Below, piece after piece: positions 48,553 through 63,400 of a stretch of 64,000 nt of DNA. Source of the DNA: Macrostomum lignano. Lineage: Eukaryota. A model generated the notes under the pieces. It saw only the letters and a program-made list of their open reading frames with translations. It did not search any database and had not been told where the DNA came from. Where the stretch lies: contig NIVC01000835.1 of assembly GCA_002269645.1 (NCBI GenBank), positions 124,001-188,000 of the forward strand, given 5' to 3'. The first letter of the stretch is position 1. Each line of letters opens with the position of its first letter. Made by a program: the position numbers and the translations under genes.

Positions 48553-49089
48553 GGTTTAACGCATTGATGAATTGTTTTATTAATCTATTTACAAAAGTCA
48601 TCAATTCATTGTGTCTTGCACCTTGTACATTACAGCTAAGAATTTCCCAGTCCTAAGCAGTACAAAAAGATCTCAGTGGCTGTAAAACTACTGAATTGCA
48701 GTCTCTTGGATTGTTTCAAAGTCTTAACGGAAACTGGTATAACACCTGCTTGTACAGAGCAGTATTAGTATAATATCAGCTATAGTTATTATAGTAACTC
48801 ATACCTCGGAATCACCGTTCCAATCTTCTTTAGCCTCTCTATTCATACTCGTACAGATGCTGAGTGACCTGGGCCCCCGCCCACTTCCCCCACTTGCTCT
48901 CTTGAAGTTCCCTTCCATACCCGAGAGCACTTCTTGCTCTTCAAAGTCTCGCCGATGCGGAGGAGGCTTTTTTCTTTCAACAAAAAATCCATGAAAGGAA
49001 AAGATTGAGAACGTCTATAGGTGAGAGTGAGTGAGGGAGAGTTACATGAGTTTGAGCAATTCTTGGGCGGCTGGGTACATTTCACTTCA

Positions 49090-49298
49090 GGAAAGGAGAG
49101 GAAAGGAAAGGAAAGGAAAGGAAAGGAAAGGAAAGGAAAGGAAAGGAAAAGAGATTAGAGATGAGAGATGAGAGAAGAGAGAAAAGCGAAGTGGGAAGAG
49201 AGAAATGAGAAGAGAGTAGAGAGGAGAGGAGAAAGAAGAGAGAAAGAGAAGAGAGAGGAGAAAGAAGAGAGAAGAGAGAGAAGAGAGAAGAGAGAAGA
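49090..49298 (+). repeat. (GGAAA)n plus polypurine tract
   Basis: Direct reading. Confidence 0.9.
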
Positions 49299-50994
49299 GC
49301 GGTCCGGATTTCCGTTGGGAAGTTTTGAGGGAACCGAGCTCCAAATGGAGATGCTTTGTTGACCGCAAATTGCCTACACCCGGTTCTACCAGTATACTTT
49401 AATTGTCTACGGTGTAACTTCAAGTACAACAGAGGGACGGGATGCATGCAGCGAGGGCAGCTGCCCCTGCTTAAACTTCAAGAGTAAAAATGCCTGGGAG
49501 CCGTGACACCAGATAGTTACATAAGTAATGTATAATAAACATGGTAGTATAAAAACCGCCAACAAAACCTCTGGATTAGCTTAGCTAAGCTAATCTTATC
49601 ACTCGGATTAAATCAGCTTCCGAATTGAATGGCGTCGCAACCGGACCGCCAGCGATGCAAATGGAGATGACCTTCGTCTGGTTCGGCTTGGATGCATAGT
49701 ATCGCTCTGGCTTGATGCTATGCTCCTCCTTTGGTCTCCCAGCTGTGCCCTATCCCCTAGGAGAAGGGAAATGCCCCCCCTCCCCGGCACCCCAGCCTGC
49801 CTTGGTCGTAAACCGTCAGCGCCTCAGCGCGATAGCAAGCGGATGGGAGGGGCGGCCGCTGAGCTGGGCCACCTCCTCCGGGCCATAAACTATGTCCTTC
49901 CTGCCGCAGCACCAGCCATCTATCAATGCGTTAACTTCCCAAACCGACGGTAGCGCCCTCCCCTCCCTGTCCCTCAGGGATTTTCGACTGTCGTGCCAGA
50001 GGGGAGACTGTCGCCTCCCGCTTCCACTCTCTCTCTCTCTCTCTCTCTCTTCACTCCCATTCACCTCTGTCTCGGCATTTACGATCTATACGGGCGTTGT
50101 AAAGTTCGGGCCCGTTTAAGTGCCAGTTTATGTGCTCGGGGACCCCGCTCTGCCTGACTCCGACATCGCTCTCTCACTGGGCTTTCTAAAACTTCGCTTT
50201 TGGGAGGCTTCTAATCTGTCCACGCGTCCCTATGCATCAGACGCTCGCGTATAGATAAAACCTGTTCAAGTTGAGAGACTATATGATACTATATACTATT
50301 TTAAATTCGTATTCTAGATTTTAATTGCTCCAAAAACTTTTGAGCCTTTTCTCTTGTCAACAGCAGTTCCGCCTTCCCAAGAGAGAGAGACAGATCGAGA
50401 AGTTAAACAAGCTCAAGTCGGTCCAAGTCCCAGCAGAAGGTGTTGGAATATTGGGGTGGGTAGGTGTGGCTGGAACTTGAAAAAAATGAGTCAAAGACAG
50501 TTGGTTAGTTGACCGCTGCCGCCGCCTCTGTTGCCCCTATGTGTGTGTTTTTTATTGTTATTATCAGTTTGGGAGGCGCTAGGGCTTCAGCAAATTGCAC
50601 ATGGCCTGTGTAAGTCCCAGCTTGGCATTGGCACGTTGGGGTGTTTTCGGCTTAGCTTCTCGGGCGGCACACATTATACATATAGAATCTTAGTGTAGTG
50701 GACTAGCCTCAGCCCCCTTGGGGGTGTCAAGTATTGGCCTGCAGCGTGTGGCAATATAACATAAGACAGATATTCACTGCCGGCAAGGGTGCCAGGAGTC
50801 AGGACCGGCTGTCAGGCGGGGCAGGCGATATAGCCAGTCATTTATGACTGCAAGCCTTGGTGCTGCGCCACCCCGCCTCCCCTAATCGGCTGGCTGCAAA
50901 CGCTCCGGTGTCGCATCTCCCACGCTCTCCTGGGAGCAGTTTTCAGTTTATCTCTTCCGTGTTTGAGACACCGGACTGGCCCCATCCCTCCAAT

Positions 50995-51420
50995 CGTCCC
51001 CTCTCCCATCGAGACTTTCCCTATGCAAGAATCTCCCATCGAGACTTTCCCTATGCAAGAATCTCCCATCGAGACTTTCCCTTGATTCTCATACAGTCTC
51101 CCTACTTGAAGAACCTCCCATTCAAAAAATCTCTCTATTTAAAGAATCCCCCCATTTAAAGAATCTCCCCATTCAAAGAATCTCCTCATTTAAAGAATCT
51201 CCCTATTTAAAGAATCTCCACACTTAAAGAATCTCCTCATTTAAAGAATCTCTCTATTTAAAAGAATCTCCCCATTCAAAGAATCTCCCCATTTAAAGAA
51301 TCTCCCCATTTAAATAATCACCCATTTAAAGAATCTCCCTATTTAAATAATCGCCCCATTTCAAGAATCTCCCGATTTAAGAATCTCCCTATTTAAACAG
51401 TCTCCCATCACCCCATTTGA
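50995..51420. repeat. 30-bp triplet (aagaatctcccatcgagactttccctatgc) grading into an ~18-bp aaagaatctccccattt repeat
   Basis: Both share the core aagaatctccc. Confidence 0.85.
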
Positions 51421-52197
51421 AGAACCTCCAGGCACGCTCAGGCCCCTGTATACGAGTATATGTCACTGCATTGGCATCTGTCAATAGACAAAGCGCGGCA
51501 CCTTTGTTCTCTCAGTGCTAGCAGATGCATGCCTAGCTGTAGATGAACAAAAATAACCCCAGCATGAGAGCAGTGAATAAGAGAGAGAGAGAGACATGAG
51601 AAAGACATTGACGGAAACTATGGATGAAAATCAAAACCATGCATTGGCTTCATAGCCTATACAGCAATAAGGGGTCATCTTTCGCACAATGCACAAATCA
51701 GCTTTACTCCTGAGTTGAGCCTTACTCGCCTGTCTCACGGCGGCCCCACCGCAGCAGGCAGTTAGCCTCTCGTCAACCCCCCACCCTCTCCGGCGGCCCG
51801 ACTCCACCCCGCCCTTCCGCGGTGTCCTGATTGATGTCGGTACGGAAGCCGCTTTCAGTTCAATCAAACCCCTCCCCACTGCCCTCCACCCCCAGCTCAC
51901 TTGACAGGCTCTTCTAGCTCTCAGTGTGTGTGTGTGTGTGTCTCACTGCACCTCAATGCGCCTACCCACGCTATGCATTTTCATTCTCTCCGTGTCCCCC
52001 CCCTGCGGACCTGCCGCGCCACCTCCGCGGCGGCACTCTTTTACCCGCGCCGCGTACCGCCCTGTGTGTGTGGGTGTGTGTTTGACAGCGCGTGCCGCCA
52101 CAGCTATGCGGACGGCTTATATTATAGCGATAGCCCTGGTGTGTGTGTGTGTGTGTGGGATATTGGGCGGCGCGATGGCAGAGGTTTCAATGCAAAT

Positions 52198-52244
<47 letters not shown>

Positions 52245-52684
52245 CTTTCTTTATTCTTTTCTCCGCCCATGCCGTCGGGGTGGATGGGGCGTGTCGGTGT
52301 CTGTCTATGCATTATGAGTAGGGGGGGGGGCAGCGGGTCTGAGCAGTCCCGCTATGGATATGAGCTATATTGGCTTAGCCGGCCAAGTGGCGGTCAGCCT
52401 TTATTGTTCTTCTTTTCATAGCGGTGCGCCGCCCCCCCAGCCCGCCTTCATTCCTGTCAGCTTTTCTGTCTGACATTAGAGCGATCCCTATTCTGCTGCT
52501 CAAATTCTCGAGGGTGGAGGGTAGGGGAGGCTTCTCAAACTGTGCTTTGGCATTCAGAAATAATTGGCACTGTTCTGTGTGGTAGCAAAGTTTTTTCAGT
52601 TTGAGTTTTGGCAACTTCTCTATTTCTATTCTTAATGGGGATCGATCAGCCCATTTAGAATTTCGTTTAGTCACAACTGTCTTT

Positions 52685-52975
52685 CAGTGGCTTCCGTTTC
52701 CCATCCTGATCATTCAGTGACTTCCGTTTCCCATCCTGCTCATTCGGTGACTTCCGTTTCCCATCCTGCTCATTCAGTGACTTCCGTTTCCCATCCTGGT
52801 CATTCAGTGACTTCCGTTTCCCATCCTGATCATTCAGTGACTTCCGTTTCCCATCCTGGTCATTTAGTGACTTCCGTTTCCCATCCTGATCATTCAGTGA
52901 CTTCCGTTTCCCATCCTGGTCATTCAGTGACTTCCGTTTCCCATCCTGATCATTTAGTAACTTCCGTTTGCCAAC
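52685..52975. repeat. 30-bp minisatellite gtgacttccgtttcccatcctgatcattca (~10 copies)
   Basis: Direct reading. Confidence 0.93.
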
Positions 52976-53019
52976 CTAGTCACTAGCTCAGTGACCTATT
53001 TTTTGTTCCAAGTCAACTG

Positions 53020-53845
53020 CTGTTTCAGTTTGCAGATCTAACACCCACTGCTTCAGTTTGCAGATCTAACACCCACTGCTTCAGTTTGCAGATCTATCTA
53101 ACACCCACTGCTTCAATTTGCAGATCTATCTAACATCCACTGCTTCAATTTGCAGATCTATCTAACACCCACTGCTTCAGTTTGCAGATCTATCTAACAC
53201 CCACTGCTTCAGTTTGCAGATCTATCTAACACCCACTGCTTCAGTTTGCAGATCTATCTAACACCCACTGCTTCAATTTGCAGATCTATCTAGCACCCAC
53301 TGCTTCAATTTGCAGATCTATCTAACACCCACTGCTTCAGTTTGCAGATCTATCTAACACCCACTGCTTCAGTTTGCAGATCTATCTAGCACCCACTGCT
53401 TCAGTTTGCAGATCTATCTAACACCCACTGCTTCAGTTTGCAGATCTATCTAACACCCACTGCTTCAGTTTGCAGATCTATCTAGCACCCACTGCTTCAG
53501 TTTGCAGATCTATCTAACACCCACTGCTTCAGTTTGCAGATCTATCTAACACCCACTGCTTCAATTTGCAGATCTATCTAACACCCACTGCTTCAGTTTG
53601 CAGATCTATCTAACACCCACTGCTTCAGTTTGCAGATCTATCTAACACCCACTGCTTCAGTTTGCAGATCTATCTAACACCCGCTGCTTCAGTTTGCAGA
53701 TCTATCTAACACCCACTGCTTCAGTTTGCAGATCTATCTAACACCCACTGCTTCAGTTTGCAGATCTATCTAACACCCACTGCTTCAGTTTGCAGATCTA
53801 TCTAACACCCGCTGCTTCAGTTTGCAGATCTATCTAGCACCCGCT
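53020..53845. repeat. 32-bp minisatellite actgcttcagtttgcagatctatctaacaccc
   Basis: Period 32; the first copies are 28-bp forms lacking one tatc. Confidence 0.95.
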
Positions 53846-54439
53846 GATTCCCTCACAAAAGATTCCCATAATCGCCAGGCACAAATTTCTATTTTACAGC
53901 GCCTTCTTCTGATCTCCCTTCTCCCTCCGGTGCGCAGTGATCCCATGCAGTTATTACCGCGGCTTGTCAAATCCCCCCCCCCAGCAGCGCCTTGTCCAGA
54001 TCGGTCCCCCACCTGGAGTCGGCAGCCGCCGTCACAAAAAGAGCTGCAAAGCGGCGCGCACTTCAAAGAACACGCGGAGGCCCCTGTGGCAAACCAAAAT
54101 CCCGAAGGTATGAGGAGGAGAGAGAGGAGATCACTTTGAGTTTGGGGTCCGGCCGCGGCTACCGGGGGTGGCGTGGGAATTAAGAGACGAACTCATAACG
54201 AATCCCGCCGTTCAATTCCCGTCGGTAAAATTTCCTACGAGCCATTGGGACGGTTAATCCTTGTCTCAGATCTCAACCCCCCCCGCGTATGGAACTCATT
54301 GTTCCGTCTTTTAACTACAAGCATGATTATAGTTTCTGGAGAATGCACCTTTACTAGATTTTTTGTTAAGCCCAAAATTTATTGCAGCATATCGTATAGT
54401 CGTATTTGTGGATTGAGATCGACTTAAAGAGCAGAAGAT

Positions 54440-57400
54440 TATCCAGTGACCTGGATTTAGTAGTATTCAGAGGACCACCAAAGGACCAGGGTATAGTAGC
54501 TTGCAGAGGACCACCAAAGGACCAGGGTATAGTAGCTTGCAGAGGACCACCAAAGGACCAGGGTATAGTAGCTTGCAGAGGACCACCAAAGGACCAGGGT
54601 ATAGTAGCTTGCAGAGGACCACCAAAGGACCTGGGTATAGTAGCTTGCAGAGGACCACCAAAGGACCAGGGTATAGTAGCTTGCAGAGGACCACCAAAGG
54701 ACCAGGGTATAGTAGCTTGCAGAGGACCACCAAATTACCAGGGTATAGTAGCTTGCAGAGGACCACCAAATTACCAGGGTATAGTAGCTTGCAGAGGACC
54801 ACCAAAGGGGACCAGGGTATAGTAGCTTGCAGAGGACCACCAAAGGACCAGGGTATAGTAGCTTGCAGAGGACCACCAAAGGACCAGGGTATAGTAGCTT
54901 GCAGAGGACCACCATAGGACCAGGGTATAGTAGCTTGCAGAGGACCACCAAAGGACCAGGGTATAGTAGCTTGTAGAGGACCACCAAAGGACCAGGGTAC
55001 AGTAGCTTGCAGAGGACCACCAAAGGACCAGGGTATAGTAGCTTGCAGAGGACCACCAAAGGACCAGGGTATAGTAGCTTGCAGAGGACCACCAAAGGAC
55101 CTGGGTATAGTAGCTTGCAGAGGACCACCAAAGGACCAGGGTATAGTAGCTTGCAGAGGACCACCAAAGGACCTGGGTATAGTAGCTTGCAGAGGACCAC
55201 CAAAGGACCAGGGTATAGTAGCTTGCAGAGGACCACCAAAGGACCAGGGTATAGTAGCTTGCAGAGGACCACCAAAGGACCAGGGTATAGTAGCTTGCAG
55301 AGGACCACCAAAGGACCAGGGTATAGTAGCTTGCAGAGGACCACCAAAGGACCAGGGTATAGTAGCTTGCAGAGGACCACCAAATTACCTGGGTATAGTA
55401 GCTTGCAGAGGACCACCAAAGGACCAGGGTATAGTAGCTTGCAGACGACCACCAAAGGACCAGAGTATAGTAGCTTGCAGAGGACCACCAAAGGACCAGG
55501 GTATAGTAGCTTGCAGAGGACCACCAAAGGACCAGGGTATAGTAGCTTGCAGAGGACCACCAAATTACCTGGGTATAGTAGCTTGCAGAGGACCACCAAA
55601 GGACCAGGGTATAGTAGCTTGCAGACGACCACCAAAGGACCAGAGTATAGTAGCTTACAGAGGACCACCAAATTACCTGGGTATAGTAGCTTGCAGAGGA
55701 CCACCAAAGGACCAGGGTATAGTAGCTTGCAGAGGACCACCAAAGGACCAGGGTATAGTAGCTTGCAGAGGACCACCAAAGGACCAGGGTATAGTAGCTT
55801 GCAGAGGACCACCAAAGGACCAGGGTATAGTAGCTTGCAGAGGACCACCAAAGGACCTGGGTATAGTAGCTTGCAGAGGACCACCATAGGACCAGGGTAT
55901 AGTAGCTTGCAGAGGACCACCAAAGGACCAGGGTATAGTAGCTTGCAGAGGACCACCAAAGGACCAGGGTATAGTAGCTTGCAGAGGACCACCAAAGGAC
56001 CAGGGTATAGTAGCTTGCAGAGGACCACCAAAGGACCTGGGTATAGTAGCTTGCAGAGGACCACCAAAGGACCAGGGTATAGTAGCTTGCAGAGGACCAC
56101 CAAAGGACCTGGGTATAGTAGCTTGCAGAGGACCACCAAATTACCTGGGTATAGTAGCTTGCAGAGGACCACCAAATTACCAGGGTATAGTAGCTTGTAG
56201 AGGACCAATAAATTACCTGGGTATAGTAGCTTGCAGAGGACCACCAAAGGACCAGGGTATAGTAGCTTGCAGAGGACCACCAAAGGACCAGGGTATAGTA
56301 GCTTGCAGAGGACCACCAAATTACCTGGGTATAGTAGCTTGCAGAGGACCACCAAATTACCTGGTATAGTAGCTTGCAGAGGACCACCAAAGGACCAGGG
56401 TATAGTAGCTTGCAGAGGACCACCAAAGGACCAGGGTATAGTAGCTTGCAGAGGACCACCAAAGGACCAGGGTATAGTAGCTTGCAGAGGACCACCAAAG
56501 GACCAGGGTATAGTAGCTTGCAGAGACCACCAAAGGACCAGGTATAGTAGCTTGCAGAGGACCACCAAAGGACCAGGGTATAGTAGCTTGCAGAGGACCA
56601 CCAAAGGACCTGGGTATAGTAGCTTGCAGAGGACCACCAAAGGACCAGGGTATAGTAGCTTGCAGAGGACCACCAAATTACCTGGGTATAGTAGCTTGCA
56701 GAGGACCACCAAAGGACCAGGGTATAGTAGCTTGCAGAGGACCACCAAAGGACCTGGGTATAGTAGCTTGCAGAGGACCACCAAAGGACCAGGGTATAGT
56801 AGCTTGCAGAGGACCACCAAAGGACCAGGGTATAGTAGCTTGCAGAGGACCACCAAAGGACCAGGGTATAGTAGCTTGCAGAGGACCACCAAAGGACCAG
56901 GGTATAGTAGCTTGCAGAGGACCACCAAAGGACCAGGGTATAGTAGCTTGCAGAGGACCACCAAAGGACCAGGGTATAGTAGCTTGCAGAGGACCACCAA
57001 AGGACCTGGGTATAGTAGCTTGCAGAGGACCACCAAAGGACCAGGGTATAGTAGCTTGCAGAGGACCACCAAAGGACCAGGGTATAGTAGCTTGCAGAGG
57101 ACCACCAAAGGACCTGGGTATAGTAGCTTGCAGAGGACCACCAAAGGACCAGGTATAGTAGCTTGCAGAGGACCACCAAATTACCTGGGTATAGTAGCTT
57201 GCAGAGGACCACCAAAGGACCAGGGTATAGTAGCTTGCAGAGGACCACCAAAGGACCTGGGTATAGTAGCTTGCAGAGGACCACCAAGGACCAGGGTATA
57301 GTAGCTTGCAGAGGACCACCAAAGGACCAGGGTATAGTAGCTTGCAGAGGACCACCAAAGGACCAGGGTATAGTAGCTTGCAGAGGACCACCAAAGGACC

Positions 57401-60400
57401 AGGGTATAGTAGCTTGCAGAGGACCACCAAAGGACCTGGGTATAGTAGCTTGCAGAGGACCACCAAAGGACCAGGGTATAGTAGCTTGCAGAGGACCACC
57501 AAAGGACCTGGGTATAGTAGCTTGCAGAGGACCACCAAAGGACCAGGGTATAGTAGCTTGCAGAGGACCACCAAAGGACCAGGGTATAGTAGCTTGCAGA
57601 GGACCACCAAAGGACCAGGGTATAGTAGCTTGCAGAGGACCACCAAAGGACCAGGGTATAGTAGCTTGCAGAGGACCACCAAAGGACCAGGTATAGTAGC
57701 TTGCAGAGGACCACCAAAGGACCAGGGTATAGTAGCTTGCAGAGGACCACCAAAGGACCAGGGTATAGTAGCTTGCAGAGGACCACCAAAGGACCAGGGT
57801 ATAGTAGCTTGCAGAGGACCACCAAAGGACCAGGGTATAGTAGCTTGCAGAGGACCACCAAAGGACCAGGGTATAGTAGCTTGCAGAGGACCACCAAAGG
57901 ACCAGGGTATAGTAGCTTGCAGAGGACCACCAAAGGACCAGGGTATAGTAGCTTGCAGAGGACCACCAAAGGACCAGGGTATAGTAGCTTGCAGAGGACC
58001 ACCAAAGGACCAGGGTATAGTAGCTTGCAGAGGACCACCAAAGGACCAGGGTATAGTAGCTTGCAGAGGACCACCAAAGGACCTGGGTATAGTAGCTTGC
58101 AGAGGACCACCAAAGGACCAGGGTATAGTAGCTTGCAGAGGACCACCAAAGGACCAGGGTATAGTAGCTTGCAGAGGACCACCAAAGGACCAGGGTATAG
58201 TAGCTTGCAGAGGACCACCAAAGGACCAGGGTATAGTAGCTTGCAGAGGACCACCAAAGGACCAGGGTATAGTAGCTTGCAGAGGACCACCAAAGGACCA
58301 GGGTATAGTAGCTTGCAGAGGACCACCAAAGGACCTGGGTATAGTAGCTTGCAGAGGACCACCAAATTACCAGGGTATAGTAGCTTGCAGAGGACCACCA
58401 AAATTACCAGGGTATAGTAGCTTGCAGAGGACCACCAAAGGACCAGGGTATAGTAGCTTGCAGAGGACCACCAAAGGACCAGGGTATAGTAGCTTGCAGA
58501 GGACCACCAAAGGACCAGGGTATAGTAGCTTGCAGAGGACCACCAAATTACCTGGGTATAGTAGCTTGCAGAGGACCACCAAAGGACCAGGGTATAGTAG
58601 CTTGCAGAGGACCACCAAAGGACCAGGGTATAGTAGCTTGCAGAGGACCACCAAAGGACCAGGGTATAGTAGCTTGCAGAGGACCACCAAAGGACCAGGG
58701 TATAGTAGCTTGCAGAGGACCACCAAAGGACCTGGGTATAGTAGCTTGCAGAGGACCACCAAAGGACCTGGGTATAGTAGCTTGCAGAGGACCACCAAAG
58801 GACCAGGGTATAGTAGCTTGCAGAGGACCACCAAAGGACCAGGGTATAGTAGCTTGCAGAGGACCACCAAAGGACCAGGGTATAGTAGCTTGCAGAGGAC
58901 CACCAAAGGACCAGGGTATAGTAGCTTGCAGAGGACCACCAAAGGACCAGGGTATAGTAGCTTGCAGAGGACCACCAAAGGACCAGGGTATAGTAGCTTG
59001 CAGAGGACCACCAAAGGACCAGGGTATAGTAGCTTGCAGAGGACCACCAAAGGACCAGGGTATAGTAGCTTGCAGAGGACCACCAAAGGACCAGGGTATA
59101 GTAGCTTGCAGAGGACCACCAAAGGACCAGGGTATAGTAGCTTGCAGAGGACCACCAAAGGACCAGGGTATAGTAGCTTGCAGAGGACCACCAAAGGACC
59201 AGGGTATAGTAGCTTGCAGAGGACCACCAAAGGACCTGGGTATAGTAGCTTGCAGAGGACCACCAAAGGACCAGGGTATAGTAGCTTGCAGAGGACCACC
59301 AAAGGACCTGGGTATAGTAGCTTGCAGAGGACCACCAAATTACCAGGGTATAGTAGCTTGCAGAGGACCACCAAATTACCAGGGTATAGTAGCTTGCAGA
59401 GGACCACCAAAGGACCAGGGTATAGTAGCTTGCAGAGGACCACCAAAGGACCAGGGTATAGTAGCTTGCAGAGGACCACCAAAGGACCAGGGTATAGTAG
59501 CTTGCAGAGGACCACCAAATTACCTGGGTATAGTAGCTTGCAGAGGACCACCAAATTACCTGGGTATAGTAGCTTGCAGAGGACCACCAAAGGACCTGGG
59601 TATAGTAGCTTGCAGAGGACCACCAAAGGACCAGGGTATAGTAGCTTGCAGAGGACCACCAAAGGACCAGGGTATAGTAGCTTGCAGAGGACCACCAAAG
59701 GACCAGGGTATAGTAGCTTGCAGAGGACCACCAAAGGACCTGGGTATAGTAGCTTGCAGAGGACCACCAAAGGACCTGGGTATAGTAGCTTGCAGAGGAC
59801 CACCAAAGGACCAGGGTATAGTAGCTTGCAGAGGACCACCAAAGGACCTGGGTATAGTAGCTTGCAGAGGACCACCAAAGGACCAGGGTATAGTAGCTTG
59901 CAGAGGACCACCAAAGGACCAGGGTATAGTAGCTTGCAGAGGACCACCAAAGGACCTGGGTATAGTAGCTTGCAGAGGACCACCAAATTACCTGGGTATA
60001 GTAGCTTGCAGAGGACCACCAAATTACCTGGGTATAGTAGCTTGCAGAGGACCACCAAATTACCAGGGTATAGTAGCTTGCAGAGGACCACCAAAGGACC
60101 AGGGTATAGTAGCTTGCAGAGGACCACCAAAGGACCAGGGTATAGTAGCTTGCAGAGGACCACCAAAGGACCAGGGTATAGTAGCTTGCAGAGGACCACC
60201 AAATTACCTGGGTATAGTAGCTTGCAGAGGACCACCAAAGGACCAGGGTATAGTAGCTTGCAGAGGACCACCAAAGGACCAGGGTATAGTAGCTTGCAGA
60301 GGACCACCAAAGGACCAGGGTATAGTAGCTTGCAGAGGACCACCAAAGGACCAGGGTATAGTAGCTTGCAGAGGACCACCAAAGGACCAGGGTATAGTAG

Positions 60401-63400
60401 CTTGCAGAGGACCACCAAAGGACCAGGGTATAGTAGCTTGCAGAGGACCACCAAAGGACCAGGGTATAGTAGCTTGCAGAGGACCACCAAAGGACCAGGG
60501 TATAGTAGCTTGCAGAGGACCACCAAAGGACCAGGGTATAGTAGCTTGCAGAGGACCACCAAAGGACCAGGGTATAGTAGCTTGCAGAGGACCACCAAAG
60601 GACCAGGGTATAGTAGCTTGCAGAGGACCACCAAAGGACCAGGGTATAGTAGCTTGCAGAGGACCACCAAAGGACCAGGGTATAGTAGCTTGCAGAGGAC
60701 CACCAAAGGACCAGGGTATAGTAGCTTGCAGAGGACCACCAAAGGACCAGGGTATAGTAGCTTGCAGAGGACCACCAAAGGACCAGGGTATAGTAGCTTG
60801 CAGAGGACCACCAAAGGACCAGGGTATAGTAGCTTGCAGAGGACCACCAAAGGACCAGGGTATAGTAGCTTGCAGAGGACCACCAAAGGACCTGGGTATA
60901 GTAGCTTGCAGAGGACCACCAAAGGACCAGGGTATAGTAGCTTGCAGAGGACCACCAAAGGACCAGGGTATAGTAGCTTGCAGAGGACCACCAAAGGACC
61001 TGGGTATAGTAGCTTGCAGAGGACCACCAAAGGACCTGGGTATAGTAGCTTGCAGAGGACCACCAAATTACCAGGGTATAGTAGCTTGCAGAGGACCACC
61101 AAATTACCAGGGTATAGTAGCTTGCAGAGGACCACCAAAGGACCAGGGTATAGTAGCTTGCAGAGGACCACCAAAGGACCAGGGTATAGTAGCTTGCAGA
61201 GGACCACCAAAGGACCTGGGTATAGTAGCTTGCAGAGGACCACCAAAGGACCAGGGTATAGTAGCTTGCAGAGGACCACCAAAGGACCAGGGTATAGTAG
61301 CTTGCAGAGGACCACCAAAGGACCTGGGTATAGTAGCTTGCAGAGGACCACCAAAGGACCAGGGTATAGTAGCTTGCAGAGGACCACCAAAGGACCAGGG
61401 TATAGTAGCTTGCAGAGGACCACCAAAGGACCTGGGTATAGTAGCTTGCAGAGGACCACCAAAGGACCAGGGTATAGTAGCTTGCAGAGGACCACCAAAG
61501 GACCAGGGTATAGTAGCTTGCAGAGGACCACCAAATTACCTGGGTATAGTAGCTTGCAGAGGACCACCAAAGGACCAGGGTATAGTAGCTTGCAGAGGAC
61601 CACCAAAGGACCAGGGTATAGTAGCTTGCAGAGGACCACCAAATTACCTGGGTATAGTAGCTTGCAGAGGACCACCAAACCTGGGTATAGTAGCTTGCAG
61701 AGGACCACCAAAGGACCAGGGTATAGTAGCTTGCAGAGGACCACCAAAGGACCAGGGTATAGTAGCTTGCAGAGGACCACCAAAACCTGGGTATAGTAGC
61801 TTGCAGAGGACCACCAAAGGACCAGGGTATAGTAGCTTGCAGAGGACCACCAAAGGACCAGGGTATAGTAGCTTGCAGAGGACCACCAAATTACCTGGGT
61901 ATAGTAGCTTGCAGAGGACCACCAAAGGACCAGGGTATAGTAGCTTGCAGAGGACCACCAAAGGACCAGGGTATAGTAGCTTGCAGAGGACCACCAAAGG
62001 ACCAGGGTATAGTAGCTTGCAGAGGACCACCAAAGGACCAGGGTATAGTAGCTTGCAGAGGACCACCAAAGGACCTGGGTATAGTAGCTTGCAGAGGACC
62101 ACCAAAGGACCAGGGTATAGTAGCTTGCAGAGGACCACCAAAGGACCAGGGTATAGTAGCTTGCAGAGGACCACCAAAGGACCAGGGTATAGTAGCTTGC
62201 AGAGGACCACCAAAGGACCTGGGTATAGTAGCTTGCAGAGGACCACCAAAGGACCAGGGTATAGTAGCTTGCAGAGGACCACCAAAGGACCAGGGTATAG
62301 TAGCTTGCAGAGGACCACCAAAGGACCTGGGTATAGTAGCTTGCAGAGGACCACCAAAGGACCAGGGTATAGTAGCTTGCAGAGGACCACCAAAGGACCT
62401 GGGTATAGTAGCTTGCAGAGGACCACCAAAGGACCTGGGTATAGTAGCTTGCAGAGGACCACCAAAACCAGGGTATAGTAGCTTGCAGAGGACCACCAAA
62501 ACCTGGGTATAGTAGCTTGCAGAGGACCACCAAAGGACCAGGGTATAGTAGCTTGCAGAGGACCACCAAAGGACCAGGGTATAGTAGCTTGCAGAGGACC
62601 ACCAAATTACCTGGGTATAGTAGCTTGCAGAGGACCACCAAAACCTGGGTATAGTAGCTTGCAGAGGACCACCAAAGGACCAGGGTATAGTAGCTTGCAG
62701 AGGACCACCAAAGGACCAGGGTATAGTAGCTTGCAGAGGACCACCAAAGGACCAGGGTATAGTAGCTTGCAGAGGACCACCAAAGGACCAGGGTATAGTA
62801 GCTTGCAGAGGACCACCAAAACCTGGGTATAGTAGCTTGCAGAGGACCACCAAAGGACCAGGGTATAGTAGCTTGCAGAGGACCACCAAAGGACCAGGGT
62901 ATAGTAGCTTGCAGAGGACCACCAAATTACCTGGGTATAGTAGCTTGCAGAGGACCACCAAAGGACCAGGGTATAGTAGCTTGCAGAGGACCACCAAAGG
63001 ACCAGGGTATAGTAGCTTGCAGAGGACCACCAAAGGACCAGGGTATAGTAGCTTGCAGAGGACCACCAAAGGACCAGGGTATAGTAGCTTGCAGAGGACC
63101 ACCAAAGGACCTGGGTATAGTAGCTTGCAGAGGACCACCAAAGGACCAGGGTATAGTAGCTTGCAGAGGACCACCAAAGGACCAGGGTATAGTAGCTTGC
63201 AGAGGACCACCAAAGGACCAGGGTATAGTAGCTTGCAGAGGACCACCAAAGGACCAGGGTATAGTAGCTTGCAGAGGACCACCAAAGGACCAGGGTATAG
63301 TAGCTTGCAGAGGACCACCAAAGGACCAGGGTATAGTAGCTTGCAGAGGACCACCAAAGGACCTGGGTATAGTAGCTTGCAGAGGACCACCAAAGGACCT

